A stretch of DNA of 64,000 nucleotides. Origin: a virus. The notes under the pieces are model-generated. The model was not told the origin of the DNA. It made no database searches and was given only the letters and a program-made list of their open reading frames with translations. Positions 1 through 10,599 of the stretch are shown here, piece after piece. Position 1 is the stretch's first letter. Each line of letters starts with the position of its first letter. Location of the stretch: positions 65,812-129,811 of the IMG/VR virus record IMGVR_UViG_3300042888_001738; one strand, written 5' to 3'. A program made the position numbers and the translations under genes.

Positions 1-1
1 A

Positions 2-160
2 TTACAGTCAATTACAAAACAATACATACTTAATTACCCGGTAGGACAACCTCCTAATGTTTACGACACTATGATTGAACAAGATAAGAAAATTATTGAA
101 CAAGAATTTACAAAGGCGATACAAGTTTTTGACACCGTCCAAACTTTTAAAATTAATTGA
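2..160 (+). CDS. 3' end of a hypothetical protein (partial, truncated by window start)
   Basis: Frame +2 is open from base 2 (LQSITKQYILNYPVG...VQTFKIN) to TGA at 158-160. Confidence 0.7.
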   Translation, partial: LQSITKQYILNYPVGQPPNVYDTMIEQDKKIIEQEFTKAIQVFDTVQTFKIN

Positions 161-167
161 TATTTAT
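161..167 (+). promoter_or_regulatory. TATTTAT putative late promoter motif
   Basis: 14 nt before the ATG at 182; the same motif recurs upstream of many structural genes. Confidence 0.6.
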
Positions 168-181
168 AATAAAAGACAACT

Positions 182-406
182 ATGAATACAAAATTGTTAT
201 TGGATAACTACTTGGGTAAAAATACAAGAGTTTCTGAAAAAGATATGGGAGATGGTACTAAACAAGTTTGTGATTTAGACACAGGTGATTGTTATACTGT
301 ACGAATGAAAGACGGCTTGATTGAAAGAGTCGATAATACTATGAGAACCTTTAAGAAAGTTCAAGTTGAGACCAATAAAGGTATAAAAACATTACTAAAC
401 GGATAA
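182..406 (+). CDS. hypothetical protein (74 aa)
   Basis: ORF with ATG after TATTTAT; 1-nt gap to the next gene. Confidence 0.8.
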   Translation: MNTKLLLDNYLGKNTRVSEKDMGDGTKQVCDLDTGDCYTVRMKDGLIERVDNTMRTFKKVQVETNKGIKTLLNG

Positions 407-407
407 G

Positions 408-1100
408 ATGAGTATAGACGAAAGAATATTAAAAGAGATTAAACGATATAATTCGATTAATAATTACATTTCGGAACAAGAAGTTCCTGAACCTCCAGTA
501 GACCCACTTGCGGCAGCAGCACCTGCTGATCCTGCGGCTGGCGAAATTCCCCCACCTCCGGGTGATGTACCTGTTGATCCAGCAGCTCCAGCACCACCAG
601 CGGCACCGGCAGTAGGTGCGGAACCAACACCTGTTGATGTTGCTACAGACCCTGATGTTGAAGAAGTTGGTGCGGAAGGTGAAGGTGAAGTTGAGGAATT
701 AGATATTACTGATTTAGTTGATTCACAAAAAACTATGGCTGACAAACAAGAAGAATATTTTGAAAACTTGTTTAACCAAATTAAAACTATGGAAGATAAA
801 TTATCTGAAATGGACACGCTGGTTTCAAAAATAGATACTTTAGATGCTAAAGTTGAAAAATACAGACCTAAAACCGCACAAGAGAAATTAGAATTACGTT
901 CATTAGATTCAGGACCATTCAAACAAAATTTGGCAGACTTCTTTAAAGATAAAGAGGGAGAAATGGAAATGACTGGTAAGAATGAATACGTTCTAACAAA
1001 AGACGACGTGGAAAATTTTAGCCCATCTGAAATTGAAAAAACATTCAATGAACCGATGGAAGACGAAGACGATATTTTATTAAACAGATATAATTCATAA
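408..1100 (+). CDS. Pro/Ala-rich acidic coiled-coil protein, putative head-associated or scaffold-like protein
   Basis: N-terminal ILKEIKRYNSINNYISE|Q leader, PA-rich linker, heptad coiled coil; followed by a terminator. Confidence 0.75.
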   Translation: MSIDERILKEIKRYNSINNYISEQEVPEPPVDPLAAAAPADPAAGEIPPPPGDVPVDPAAPAPPAAPAVGAEPTPVDVATDPDVEEVGAEGEGEVEELDITDLVDSQKTMADKQEEYFENLFNQIKTMEDKLSEMDTLVSKIDTLDAKVEKYRPKTAQEKLELRSLDSGPFKQNLADFFKDKEGEMEMTGKNEYVLTKDDVENFSPSEIEKTFNEPMEDEDDILLNRYNS

Positions 1101-1101
1101 G

Positions 1102-1136
1102 GTTAAAGGTCGATTATTTCGACCTTAACTTTTTTT
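1102..1136 (+). terminator. intrinsic terminator
   Basis: Stem AGGTCGA/TCGACCT (extends to GTTAA/TTAAC) followed by a T-run. Confidence 0.8.
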
Positions 1137-1147
1137 GGCGACACTAT

Positions 1148-1176
1148 TTGACTATAACTTTTTATACAACTATAAT
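1148..1176 (+). promoter_or_regulatory. sigma70-consensus promoter TTGACT-N17-TATAAT
   Basis: TTGACT at 1148-1153, 17-nt spacer, TATAAT at 1171-1176, upstream of the SSB gene. Confidence 0.8.
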
Positions 1177-1207
1177 TTTAACATAAACCTTTAATTTTTA
1201 TTTACAC

Positions 1208-2080
1208 ATGGCGACAAATGTTTTAGACGCAGTACTTTCACAGTACGAAAAATCAACACAGAGTTCTACGAACTCATCATCTAAAATGTCTTCTGAAGAT
1301 CGAATGAAGAAATACTTCGCGGCTCTTTTGAAAGACAACGAAAAACAAGGTCAGAGACGAGTACGTATTCTACCAACAACAGACGGATCTTCACCGTTCA
1401 AAGAAGTATGGTTCCACGAAATCCTTGTGGACGGTAAATGGCAGAAATTTTACGATCCAGGAAAGAATGACAACGAGCGTTCACCTTTGAATGAAGTTTA
1501 TGAAGAACTTATGTCAACAGGTAAAGAAACTGACAAACAATTAGCAACACAATACAGAGCACGTAAGTTTTATATTGTGAAAGTAATTGATCGTGATAAC
1601 GAACAAGACGGAGTTAAATTTTGGCGATTTAAACACAACTACAAACAAGAAGGAATACTTGATAAAATCATTCCAATTTGGAAAGCAAAAGGTGATGTAA
1701 CCGATCCTGATAATGGTCGTGATTTGATCCTTGAACTTACAAAGGCTAAGACTCCAAAAGGAGCAACTTACACAGTAATTCAAACGGTTATGTATGATGA
1801 CCCATCACCAATCTCTAACGAAGAAACTCAAATGTCTGAGTGGGTTGCTGATGAATTAACTTGGGAAGATGTATACTCTAAAAAACCTGTTGAGTATCTT
1901 GAGGCAATCTCTCGTGGTGAAACTCCACGTTGGGATTCAGAAAAAGGTGGATATGTTTACTCAAACACTGAAACTTCTGAATTTTCTATGGGTGGAACAC
2001 CAAAAGTTGAAGTAAAATCAATCAACGAGGTTGCTGATCCACAAGCAAACGATGAGGCTGATGAAGAATTACCATTCTAA
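1208..2080 (+). CDS. single-stranded DNA-binding protein, T4 gp32-like
   Basis: VRILP...PF..VWFH, FYIVKVIDRD and DVTDPDNGRDLIL motifs; acidic C-terminal tail ending DEELPF; upstream of recA. Confidence 0.8.
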   Translation: MATNVLDAVLSQYEKSTQSSTNSSSKMSSEDRMKKYFAALLKDNEKQGQRRVRILPTTDGSSPFKEVWFHEILVDGKWQKFYDPGKNDNERSPLNEVYEELMSTGKETDKQLATQYRARKFYIVKVIDRDNEQDGVKFWRFKHNYKQEGILDKIIPIWKAKGDVTDPDNGRDLILELTKAKTPKGATYTVIQTVMYDDPSPISNEETQMSEWVADELTWEDVYSKKPVEYLEAISRGETPRWDSEKGGYVYSNTETSEFSMGGTPKVEVKSINEVADPQANDEADEELPF

Positions 2081-2099
2081 TTTTAAATAGGAAAAATAT

Positions 2100-2130
2100 A
2101 ACGGGAGCAGTTTATTGTTCCCGTTTTTTT
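2100..2130 (+). terminator. intrinsic terminator
   Basis: AACGGGAGCAG/TTGTTCCCGTT hairpin followed by a T-run. Confidence 0.75.
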
Positions 2131-2167
2131 GTTTATATTTTAGTACAAACACTAACTGAATATTCAT

Positions 2168-3175
2168 ATGGCTTTAAAGAAAAATGACTTTAGTTCGATC
2201 AAGAAAAAATTCTCATCGGACGCAAAATACAAACCACAAAGATTCTTTGATTTAGGATCTGACTTCTTAGATGCGGTTGGTCTACCTGGACCTGCAATCG
2301 GTCACCTTAATATGTATTTAGGTCACTCTGATACTGGTAAAACTACCGCACTTGTTAAAACCGCTGTTGATGCACAAAAGAAAGGTATTCTTCCTGTGTT
2401 TATTATTACGGAACAAAAATGGTCTTTTGATCACGCAAAACTTATGGGTTTTGAATGTGATGAAGTTGTTGATGAAGAAACTGGTGAATTAGATTGGGAT
2501 GGATTTTTCCTCTTTAATAATAACTTCAGTTATATTGAACAAATTACCGATTACATTAACGATCTATTAGATGCACAAGTGAAAGGTGAATTGGATTATT
2601 CACTTTGTATTATGTGGGATTCAGTCGGATCGGTTCCTTGTAAAATGACGTATGAAGGTAAAGGTGGTAAACAACACAATGCAAGTGTTTTAGCAGATAA
2701 AATTGGTATGGGTATTAACCAACGTATTTCAGGATCTCGTAAATCGGATTCTAAATATGAAAATACCTTAATCATTGTCAACCAACCTTGGGTAGAATTA
2801 CCTGACAATCCATTTGGTCAACCTAAGATTAAAGCGAAAGGTGGAGAAGCGATTTGGTTAAACTCTTCTTTGGTATTCTTGTTTGGTAATCAAAAAGGAG
2901 CGGGAACAACAAAGATCACGGCAACAAAAGATAAGAGAACTGTGAAGTTTGCGTCAAGAACAAAAGTGTCGGTTATGAAAAACCACATCAATGGTCTTGG
3001 ATTTGAGGACGGTAGAATTATTGTAACCCCACACGGATTCTTACCGGGTAAAGACACTACAGAGGAAAAGGCATCAATAGAAAAGTATAAGAAAGAATAC
3101 GCCGACTATTGGAAAGACGTAATCGGAGTTGATGGTGACTTTGATTTGAAAACAGAAAAAGAAGAGGTAGAGTAG
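2168..3175 (+). CDS. recA: RecA/UvsX-like recombinase
   Basis: Walker A GHSDTGKT, Walker B IMWDSVGS, IIVNQ, GGEA and VMKNH motifs. Confidence 0.9.
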   Translation: MALKKNDFSSIKKKFSSDAKYKPQRFFDLGSDFLDAVGLPGPAIGHLNMYLGHSDTGKTTALVKTAVDAQKKGILPVFIITEQKWSFDHAKLMGFECDEVVDEETGELDWDGFFLFNNNFSYIEQITDYINDLLDAQVKGELDYSLCIMWDSVGSVPCKMTYEGKGGKQHNASVLADKIGMGINQRISGSRKSDSKYENTLIIVNQPWVELPDNPFGQPKIKAKGGEAIWLNSSLVFLFGNQKGAGTTKITATKDKRTVKFASRTKVSVMKNHINGLGFEDGRIIVTPHGFLPGKDTTEEKASIEKYKKEYADYWKDVIGVDGDFDLKTEKEEVE

Positions 3176-3196
3176 AAATCATTTAAGTTTTAGGAA

Positions 3197-4204
3197 GTGT
3201 CCAAAACATTATTAGTAGACGGAAATAATTTATTGAAAATTGGATTTCATGGTGTTAGAGAATTCTATCACAATGGGAAACACGTTGGTGGTGTTTGGCA
3301 TTTTCTAAATACTCTTCGTAAATTCTTAGAAGAACACAACTACAATAAAGTTGTTGTTTTTTGGGATTCTAAAACCTCATCCCTACAAAGAAGGATGATT
3401 TACCCCAAGTACAAATTAAATCGTAAATCTTCAGATTCAGAATCGAAAGAAGAATCTTTTGCAGAACAAAAACAAAGGGTTAAACAATACCTCGAGGAGA
3501 TGTTTGTAAGACAATTAGAAACGGAAAACGCTGAAGCTGATGACTTGATTGCTCAATATTGTAAAATCTCCTTAGACGAAGAAAAAACGATATTTTCCAG
3601 TGATCGAGATTTAACTCAATTAATTGGGGAGAAAGTATCGATTTATTCACCATCCACAAAACAATATTATAAGGTTGGAGATACAATAAAGATCAACGAT
3701 GTTGAGATTCCACACTATAATATTAAGACCGTAAAGATTCTCACTGGTGATAGTTCGGATAATATCGATGGTATTTTCTATCTCGGTGAGAAAACTTTGG
3801 TTAAATTATTTCCTGAGCTACTTGAAGAATTAGTACAAATACCATATATTTTGGATAAGAGTACTAAATTACTTAAAGACGAGAAGGGGAATGTAGCACT
3901 TCAAAATCTATTAAGTGGAAAAACTAAAGAAGGTATTTTTGGTGATGAATTTTATGTGATCAATCAAAAGATCGTAGATTTAGATGAACCACTATTAAGT
4001 GATGAAGACAAAGAATTGGTAGGACTATATTACACTGAGTCGTTGGATCCCGACGGAAGAGGATATAGAAATCTAATTAGAATGATGATGGAAGATGGAT
4101 TCTTCAAATACCTACCAAAGGGTGACGACGCTTGGGTAAGTTTTTTGAAACCATTTCTTAAGTTAACAAGAAAAGAAAAAAGTAAGTTTAGAAACAAAAA
4201 GTAG
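3197..4204 (+). CDS. 5'-3' exonuclease / flap endonuclease (T4 RNase H-like)
   Basis: LLVDGNNL, YKLNR, EADDLIA, SSDRDLTQL and GDSSDNIDGI motifs; GTG start. Confidence 0.9.
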   Translation: MSKTLLVDGNNLLKIGFHGVREFYHNGKHVGGVWHFLNTLRKFLEEHNYNKVVVFWDSKTSSLQRRMIYPKYKLNRKSSDSESKEESFAEQKQRVKQYLEEMFVRQLETENAEADDLIAQYCKISLDEEKTIFSSDRDLTQLIGEKVSIYSPSTKQYYKVGDTIKINDVEIPHYNIKTVKILTGDSSDNIDGIFYLGEKTLVKLFPELLEELVQIPYILDKSTKLLKDEKGNVALQNLLSGKTKEGIFGDEFYVINQKIVDLDEPLLSDEDKELVGLYYTESLDPDGRGYRNLIRMMMEDGFFKYLPKGDDAWVSFLKPFLKLTRKEKSKFRNKK

Positions 4205-4219
4205 AAAACAAAACAAACT

Positions 4220-4669
4220 ATGAAAGATCAAGAAATAACAAAAGTTGAATTTTTGTTAATGTGTAATGACAACATCGTAGTCCAAAGGTTCTTTAATGTT
4301 CGTGGGTTTAATAGAAACGCTCACAAATCTGAAGAATTTTATGACTACATCTCAAGTCTTTACGGAGAGTTACAATACGATTTAAAAATGAGATCGGTAA
4401 CTTATATGTTGGACAACCAATATGAAATATCAGAGAATCCAGACGTTTTAAATACGTCAATTACAGACGGACCTGAAAATTTTAACCTAATTATTAAGCT
4501 CGGAGATATGACAATTTGTCAGAGAGTATTCGACGCTAAAGTGTACCCTCCAAAGGTTAGATACACCGTAGACCTACGCCCGAAACTAAAAACCATACTT
4601 GGCACCCTGACTGACATTTTTTCAGGTGAAAAATTTAATTTCGCATACCCTGAATTTATCAAAAACTAA
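4220..4669 (+). CDS. hypothetical protein (149 aa) in the replication cluster
   Basis: Clean ORF between the exonuclease and helicase genes. Confidence 0.8.
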   Translation: MKDQEITKVEFLLMCNDNIVVQRFFNVRGFNRNAHKSEEFYDYISSLYGELQYDLKMRSVTYMLDNQYEISENPDVLNTSITDGPENFNLIIKLGDMTICQRVFDAKVYPPKVRYTVDLRPKLKTILGTLTDIFSGEKFNFAYPEFIKN

Positions 4670-4703
4670 TACTATTTATTTTTACTAAAGGAGAAAAAAC
4701 TAT

Positions 4704-6086
4704 ATGGCGACAGGTAAAAATTTTGAGTATTTAGGTAATACTTTTCAATTACAATTATTAAATCAAATCATCGTAGACAAAGACTTTTCACATTCAATTA
4801 TTGATGTGATTGAGAACAATTATTTTGAAAACAAATACTTTAAAATAATCATTCAGATGATTAGAGAGTATTACGTAAAATACGACCACACCCCGTCGTT
4901 TGAAACTCTTGAACAAATTACAAAATCAGAACTCCAACAGGAGATCGCATCTAAGATTGTTATGGATACAATTAAGAAAATTAAGGATGCACCTATTGAT
5001 GGCGTAGGTTTTGTACAAGAAAAAGCTTTAAAATTCTGTAAACAACAAGAACTACAAAAAGTAATGGGTAAGGCTCAAAAGATCATCGATGGTGGTGAGT
5101 TTGAGAACTACGACACACTTGAAGAAATGGTTAAAACCGCTCTTCAGGTTGGAGCAAAAGACACTTCTATGTTAGACGTATTCTCCAACCTTGAACAAGT
5201 TCTTGAAGATGATTACAGACATCCAGTTCCAATGGGAATACCAGGTATTGATAGATTATTGAAGGGTGGTTTGGCAAAAGGAGAAATTGGAGTTATCTTA
5301 GCACCAACAGGTGTTGGTAAGTCAACTATCTTAACCAAGATGGCAAACCACGCATTTAATCTTGGATTTAACGTACTACAGATATTTTTTGAAGACAACC
5401 CAAAGGTTATCCAAAGAAAACACTTCACTTTATGGACTAAGATTCATCCTGACGATTTGTCAGAAAAAAGAGATGAGGTAATGTCTAAAGTTAGAGAAAT
5501 TGAGGAGTCAATGCCAAATAAGTTGATTATGAAAAAGTTACCATCGGATACTATGACGATGTTACAAATCAAAAATCAAATTAGAAAAATGGTTTCTGAT
5601 GGGATTAAAGTTGATATGATCATTTTAGATTACATCGATTGTGTGGTACCTGATAAGAACTTAGGTGATGAATGGAAGAGTGAAGGGTCTGTAATGAGAG
5701 CATTTGAAGCAATGTGTCACGAGATGAATATTGTAGGATGGACCGCGACACAAGGTAACAGATCATCAATTTCATCAGAAGTGGTAACAACAGATCAAAT
5801 GGGTGGATCAATTAAAAAAGCTCAGGTGGGGCACGTAATTATATCGGTGGCTAAGACATTACAACAAAAAGAAATGAAGTTAGCAACCATTGCAATTACT
5901 AAATCAAGAATCGGTGATGATGGGGTCGTATTTGAAAATTGTAAATTCGATAACGCGATGATTGAAATTGATACTGAAAGTACAACAACGTTCTTAGGTC
6001 TTGAAGAACAGAAAGAAGAAAGACAAAGACAACGAGTTAAAGAACTCTTAGATAAGAGAAAACAACGAGAAACACAGTCAAATTAA
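4704..6086 (+). CDS. dnaB: replicative DNA helicase, DnaB/gp41 family
   Basis: Walker A APTGVGKS, IILDYID, TATQGNR and KSR motifs; AAGGAG upstream. Confidence 0.92.
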   Translation: MATGKNFEYLGNTFQLQLLNQIIVDKDFSHSIIDVIENNYFENKYFKIIIQMIREYYVKYDHTPSFETLEQITKSELQQEIASKIVMDTIKKIKDAPIDGVGFVQEKALKFCKQQELQKVMGKAQKIIDGGEFENYDTLEEMVKTALQVGAKDTSMLDVFSNLEQVLEDDYRHPVPMGIPGIDRLLKGGLAKGEIGVILAPTGVGKSTILTKMANHAFNLGFNVLQIFFEDNPKVIQRKHFTLWTKIHPDDLSEKRDEVMSKVREIEESMPNKLIMKKLPSDTMTMLQIKNQIRKMVSDGIKVDMIILDYIDCVVPDKNLGDEWKSEGSVMRAFEAMCHEMNIVGWTATQGNRSSISSEVVTTDQMGGSIKKAQVGHVIISVAKTLQQKEMKLATIAITKSRIGDDGVVFENCKFDNAMIEIDTESTTTFLGLEEQKEERQRQRVKELLDKRKQRETQSN

Positions 6087-6107
6087 CAAATAAGTAAATT
6101 ATAATAA

Positions 6108-7055
6108 ATGGAAAAAATACTAGTAGAAAATCCTGGTCGATTCGTCATCTTCCCTATTGAACACAACGATATATGGGAATATTACAAACAACACCAAGCT
6201 GCTTTTTGGACAGCTGAAGAGGTGGATTTAACAAACGACATCAGAGATTGGGAAACATTAACTGATAATGAGAAATACTTCATCAAAAATGTATTATCAT
6301 TTTTTGCGGCATCAGACGGGATTGTGAATGAAAACTTGGCAGAAAACTTCTACCGAGAAGTACAATACCCTGAGGCGAAATTCTTTTATGGAATCCAATT
6401 GGCGATGGAAAACATCCACTCACTTATGTACTCACTTTTGATTGACACATACATTAACAACCCGAAAGAGAAAGATGAATGTTTCAATGCAATCGATAGA
6501 TTACCTGCAGTTCAGAAAAAAGCTAAATGGGCATTGGATTGGATTGAAAACGCATCGTTCGCAGAAAGATTAGTTGCGTTCGCAGCGGTCGAAGGTATCT
6601 TTTTTTCAGGATCGTTCTGTTCCATATTTTGGATGAAATCAAGAGGAATAATGCAAGGTTTGTGTAATGCTAACACACTTATCTTTAAAGATGAGAACTT
6701 ACACTGTGATTTTGCAATCCACTTATTGAATAACCACTTGGAAAATAAACCTTCAGAGAAAAGAATCAAAGAGATTGTATTATCTGCTCTTGAGATTGAA
6801 AAGGAATTTATCACAGAATCACTTCCAGTTTCACTAATAGGGATGAACTCAAACCTTATGAAACAATACCTTGAATTTGTGGTTGACGGATTACTCGTTA
6901 AGATGGGTTGTGGTAAACAATTCAATGTTGAACAACCGTTCAAATTCATGGAGCAAATTGCTGTTGAAACAAAAGGTAATTTCTTTGAGTCCAGAACTAT
7001 GGAATATCAGAAGGCGAAATTGAACGAAACAATAACATTTACAGACGACTTTTAA
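6108..7055 (+). CDS. nrdB: ribonucleotide reductase class Ia beta subunit
   Basis: [41 protein letters not shown] and NFFESR..EY motifs. Confidence 0.95.
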   Translation: MEKILVENPGRFVIFPIEHNDIWEYYKQHQAAFWTAEEVDLTNDIRDWETLTDNEKYFIKNVLSFFAASDGIVNENLAENFYREVQYPEAKFFYGIQLAMENIHSLMYSLLIDTYINNPKEKDECFNAIDRLPAVQKKAKWALDWIENASFAERLVAFAAVEGIFFSGSFCSIFWMKSRGIMQGLCNANTLIFKDENLHCDFAIHLLNNHLENKPSEKRIKEIVLSALEIEKEFITESLPVSLIGMNSNLMKQYLEFVVDGLLVKMGCGKQFNVEQPFKFMEQIAVETKGNFFESRTMEYQKAKLNETITFTDDF

Positions 7056-7064
7056 ATTTAGATT

Positions 7065-9494
7065 ATGTCATTAAAAATTATTAAACGAGGTGGTGAGATT
7101 GTATCATTTAACCCACAAAAAATTTACAACAGAGTTAAAAGATCTGCAAAAGGTTTAAACGTAAATTCGGATGAGATCTTCATTAAGGTTATTACTTCAG
7201 TACCAACTGAGGGTGAAATAACAACTAAGGAACTTGATAAGTTAGTTAACGAGATTGCGGCGTCTTATACCGGTAGTCACCATGATTACTCAAGATTGGC
7301 CGCTTCAGTTGCAATATCTTCTTACCATAAGGAAACAAATGATAGTTTCTCACAAACAATGATGGAACTTTATAAGGATGGTATTATCAACGAAAAACTT
7401 ATTGAAACAATTAAAGAGTATGGTGAGGATACAATCGATGCTGTGATCAATCACGAAAACGATTATAACTTTGACTATTTTGCTTGGAGATCTTTACAAG
7501 AAATGTATTTGTTGAAGAAACCAACTGGTAAAGTAATCGAAAGACCACAACATATGTATATGAGAGTCGCATTGTGGGTAACAACAAACATTACTGATGC
7601 TTTTGAATACTATAAATCGTTATCAGATCAGTTAATTTCAAAGGCAACACCTATCATGATTAACGCGGGAACAAAAGTTCCACAGTTAGCGTCTTGTGTA
7701 TTACACTATAACGATGCTGACTCAAGAAAAGGTTTATTGGATACCTTAACAGATATATCTACATTTTCTTCAGACGCTGCGGGTATCGGACTTTCTATGT
7801 CTAACATCCGTAGTAAAGAAAGTAGAATCTCAAGTTCAGGTGGTTATGCCGGTGGACTATTAAAATACCTTAAGATTGTGAATGAGTCACTTAGATTCTT
7901 TAATCAACAAGGTCGTAGACCTGGTTCAGCCGCAATCTATCTTGAACCATGGCACAAAGACATCTTTGATCTTTTGGATATTAAAAAGAATACAGGTGCT
8001 GAAGAACTAAGAGCTCGTGATTTATTTACATCATTATGGCTTCCCGATAATTTCATGAGAGCAGTTAAAAATAACGGTGATTGGTATTTGTTCTGTCCTA
8101 ATGATATTAAAAAGTCGGGTCTTAAACCATTACAAGAGTGTTATGGTGATGAATATGAGTCTGTATATAATAAGGCAGTTGAATTAGGTCTTGGTAAAAA
8201 AGTTAAAGCTCAGGATATTTGGACCAAAGTTATTGAATCGCAAGTTGAAACTGGTGTTCCATACTTATGTTCTAAGGATAATGCCAATAAAAAGACTAAT
8301 CATCAAAATATTGGGGTTATTAAACAATCTAACCTTTGTAATGAAATCTACCAATACACAGATGAGGAAACAACAGCAATCTGTACGTTATCATCTATGG
8401 TTTTGAAAAACTTTATCAAATCAGGAAAATTTGATTTTGAACTGTTATACAATGAAGTTAAAAAGGTTGTTAGATCTTTAAACAAAGTTGTGGACATCAA
8501 CAACTACTCAACAGAAAAAGGTAGAAAAGGTGGGTTAGAACAAAGAGCAATTGCAATTGGAACTCAAGGTTTAGCGGACGTATTCTATTTAATGGATTAC
8601 ATCTTCACATCAGAAGAAGCGAAACAATTAAATAGAGACATTTTTGAAACAATCTATTACGCGGCAATCTACGAAAGTAACCAATTGTGTAAAGATGGAA
8701 AATACGAACCCTACAAATTCTTCAAAGGGTCACCAATGTCACAAGGGACATTCCAGTTCGATATGTGGAATGTGGATGAGTCAAACTTATCAGGAATGTG
8801 GGATTGGAGTAAATTAAAGAAAAGTGTTATGGAGTATGGTGTATGTAATTCACTATTCACGGCACAAATGCCAGTGGCGTCTTCAGCTAAAATCACAGGT
8901 TCTTATGAAATGACTGAACCAGCTCACTCGGCAATCTTTAACAGACGAGTAGTTGGTGGTGAGATCATGATTGTAAACAAATACTTAATTGCTGACTTTG
9001 AAAAGATAGGTATATGGTCTGAGGATTTGAAAAATGAAATCATTATGAATGAAGGATCAATTCAAAATATTAACTTTAATAATTACTTAGACCCTGAGGA
9101 TAAGATTTACAATAAGAAAGTGAAACGAATTGAACACTTAATACCTAAGTATAAAACAATTTGGGAGATTTCACAAAAACAACTTATCGATATGGCTGCA
9201 GATAGAGCACCATTTATAGATCAATCACAATCTATGAATATCTACATGTCTAACCCAACATTATCAAAGATTACATCATCACATTTTCACTCTTGGGAAA
9301 GTGGTTTGAAAACACTTTGTTATTATGTTAGAACTAAGGCAATATCAACAGGGGCAAAACATTTAGCAATGGATATCTCTAAAAAAAATAAACCAAGAGT
9401 AACACCTGAACCACCAAAGGTTGATTATACAAATATGAATTTACCACCAAAACCTGAGAATTCTGATTTTGAATGTTTTGGATGTTCATCTTAA
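7065..9494 (+). CDS. nrdA: ribonucleotide reductase class Ia alpha subunit with N-terminal ATP cone
   Basis: ATP cone (IIKRGG...), QLASC, QQGRRPG, SNLCNEI, ICTLSS, DQSQS, YYVRT and C-terminal CFGC. Confidence 0.95.
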   Translation: MSLKIIKRGGEIVSFNPQKIYNRVKRSAKGLNVNSDEIFIKVITSVPTEGEITTKELDKLVNEIAASYTGSHHDYSRLAASVAISSYHKETNDSFSQTMMELYKDGIINEKLIETIKEYGEDTIDAVINHENDYNFDYFAWRSLQEMYLLKKPTGKVIERPQHMYMRVALWVTTNITDAFEYYKSLSDQLISKATPIMINAGTKVPQLASCVLHYNDADSRKGLLDTLTDISTFSSDAAGIGLSMSNIRSKESRISSSGGYAGGLLKYLKIVNESLRFFNQQGRRPGSAAIYLEPWHKDIFDLLDIKKNTGAEELRARDLFTSLWLPDNFMRAVKNNGDWYLFCPNDIKKSGLKPLQECYGDEYESVYNKAVELGLGKKVKAQDIWTKVIESQVETGVPYLCSKDNANKKTNHQNIGVIKQSNLCNEIYQYTDEETTAICTLSSMVLKNFIKSGKFDFELLYNEVKKVVRSLNKVVDINNYSTEKGRKGGLEQRAIAIGTQGLADVFYLMDYIFTSEEAKQLNRDIFETIYYAAIYESNQLCKDGKYEPYKFFKGSPMSQGTFQFDMWNVDESNLSGMWDWSKLKKSVMEYGVCNSLFTAQMPVASSAKITGSYEMTEPAHSAIFNRRVVGGEIMIVNKYLIADFEKIGIWSEDLKNEIIMNEGSIQNINFNNYLDPEDKIYNKKVKRIEHLIPKYKTIWEISQKQLIDMAADRAPFIDQSQSMNIYMSNPTLSKITSSHFHSWESGLKTLCYYVRTKAISTGAKHLAMDISKKNKPRVTPEPPKVDYTNMNLPPKPENSDFECFGCSS

Positions 9495-9502
9495 AAAAAA
9501 AG

Positions 9503-9532
9503 AAATCACGATTTATTCGTGATTTTTTTTTT
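9503..9532 (+). terminator. intrinsic terminator
   Basis: AAATCACGA/TCGTGATTT hairpin flanked by A- and T-runs. Confidence 0.8.
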
Positions 9533-9561
9533 GTTGTTGATATTTATAAATAAAAATTATC

Positions 9562-10050
9562 ATGAAAAAAGTAATTAAACTAACTGAAAGAGATCTTACT
9601 AATATTGTCGCTAAAGTGATAAGAGAAGAACAAAAAAGTAAAAAGAGCCTTAATGAAGGTGTATTATTAACTTTAGGTGGACTTGCACTTGGTGGGGCTG
9701 TAATTAAAAAAGCATACGATTATATAAAAAACAGACAACTTAAAAATAATATGTCTGAGACAGGTAACGTTAAAAAATCGAAAGATGGTAAATTTACCAT
9801 GAAAGAATATGAAGACAATGAGTCTGGTGAAACGTTTTGGGGTGTTGATGTAACTGACCACACTAGAGGTGAAGGATATGAGGAGAGACGAGTTTTATTA
9901 TTTAAAAACGATCCTGAAAGAATTGAAAAAATCTTAAATTCCGAAGTTAAACATGATTATTCTGATGAGGCGTATATGACAGATGGATACGAAGACATGT
10001 TCGGACAATTCAAATCCGACAAACGAATTGATTTAGATATCGAAGATTAA
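9562..10050 (+). CDS. hypothetical protein with MKKVIKLTERDL...SLNE leader; putative head-packaged protein
   Basis: Own TATTTAT (9541-9547) and own terminator; leader followed by a hydrophobic Gly-rich segment. Confidence 0.8.
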   Translation: MKKVIKLTERDLTNIVAKVIREEQKSKKSLNEGVLLTLGGLALGGAVIKKAYDYIKNRQLKNNMSETGNVKKSKDGKFTMKEYEDNESGETFWGVDVTDHTRGEGYEERRVLLFKNDPERIEKILNSEVKHDYSDEAYMTDGYEDMFGQFKSDKRIDLDIED

Positions 10051-10053
10051 TCC

Positions 10054-10082
10054 AAAACCCTCCCCAAAAAGGAGGGTTTTTT
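10054..10082 (+). terminator. intrinsic terminator
   Basis: AAAACCCTCC/GGAGGGTTTT hairpin followed by a T-run. Confidence 0.85.
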
Positions 10083-10134
10083 ATTTCCATAAATTTTTTA
10101 CTTAAAAAAAACTGAACTTATATTTATATGTGAT

Positions 10135-10593
10135 ATGGCAAATGGTATTACATATGGTATTTCTTTCCCCTTCGTTGACTCATTCACAGGTAGATACTTG
10201 GATGTTACAAATTCAACAGAAGGCGAAGTAAGATCAAGTTTGGTTCACTTAATTCTAACAAGAAAAGGGTCAAGATATTTCTTACCTGATTTCGGAACTC
10301 GTTTATATGAGTTTATTTTTGAACCTCTTGATGGTCCTACATTTTCAGATATAGAATCTGAAATACGAGATACTATTGGTAACTACATGCCGAACTTACA
10401 AGTAACCAATATAACAGTAGAACCAGCATCTGCAGGTTTAGAAGATAAGGGTGAAACAATTAATCAATACGGTGAAAGAGAATTTAGGGTTACTAATATT
10501 GCTCAATTAGAACACACAGCAAGAATCAAAATAGATTATAGAATAACAGATTCCGCTTTTGAATCTAGTGATTTTATCATTATCAATATTTAA
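10135..10593 (+). CDS. baseplate wedge protein, T4 gp25-like (GPW_gp25)
   Basis: LILTRKGSRYFLPDFGTRLYEFIFEP is the gp25 signature; TATTTAT at 10121-10127. Confidence 0.88.
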   Translation: MANGITYGISFPFVDSFTGRYLDVTNSTEGEVRSSLVHLILTRKGSRYFLPDFGTRLYEFIFEPLDGPTFSDIESEIRDTIGNYMPNLQVTNITVEPASAGLEDKGETINQYGEREFRVTNIAQLEHTARIKIDYRITDSAFESSDFIIINI

Positions 10594-10599
10594 TAGTAT

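Noticed and set aside
464-1048. 194-aa antisense ORF, and other antisense/nested track ORFs such as 6512..6949 and 48227..48511
   Set aside because: Shadow ORFs fully overlapping well-supported genes, without their own promoter or recognisable motifs.
6108-9494. Introns, inteins or homing endonucleases in nrdA/nrdB (also checked recA and helicase); eukaryotic or giant-virus origin suggested by the eukaryote-like RNR
   Set aside because: ORFs are uninterrupted and of normal length. This RNR type also occurs in Bacteroidota, and the sigma70, gp25/gp6 and intrinsic terminators indicate a bacteriophage.
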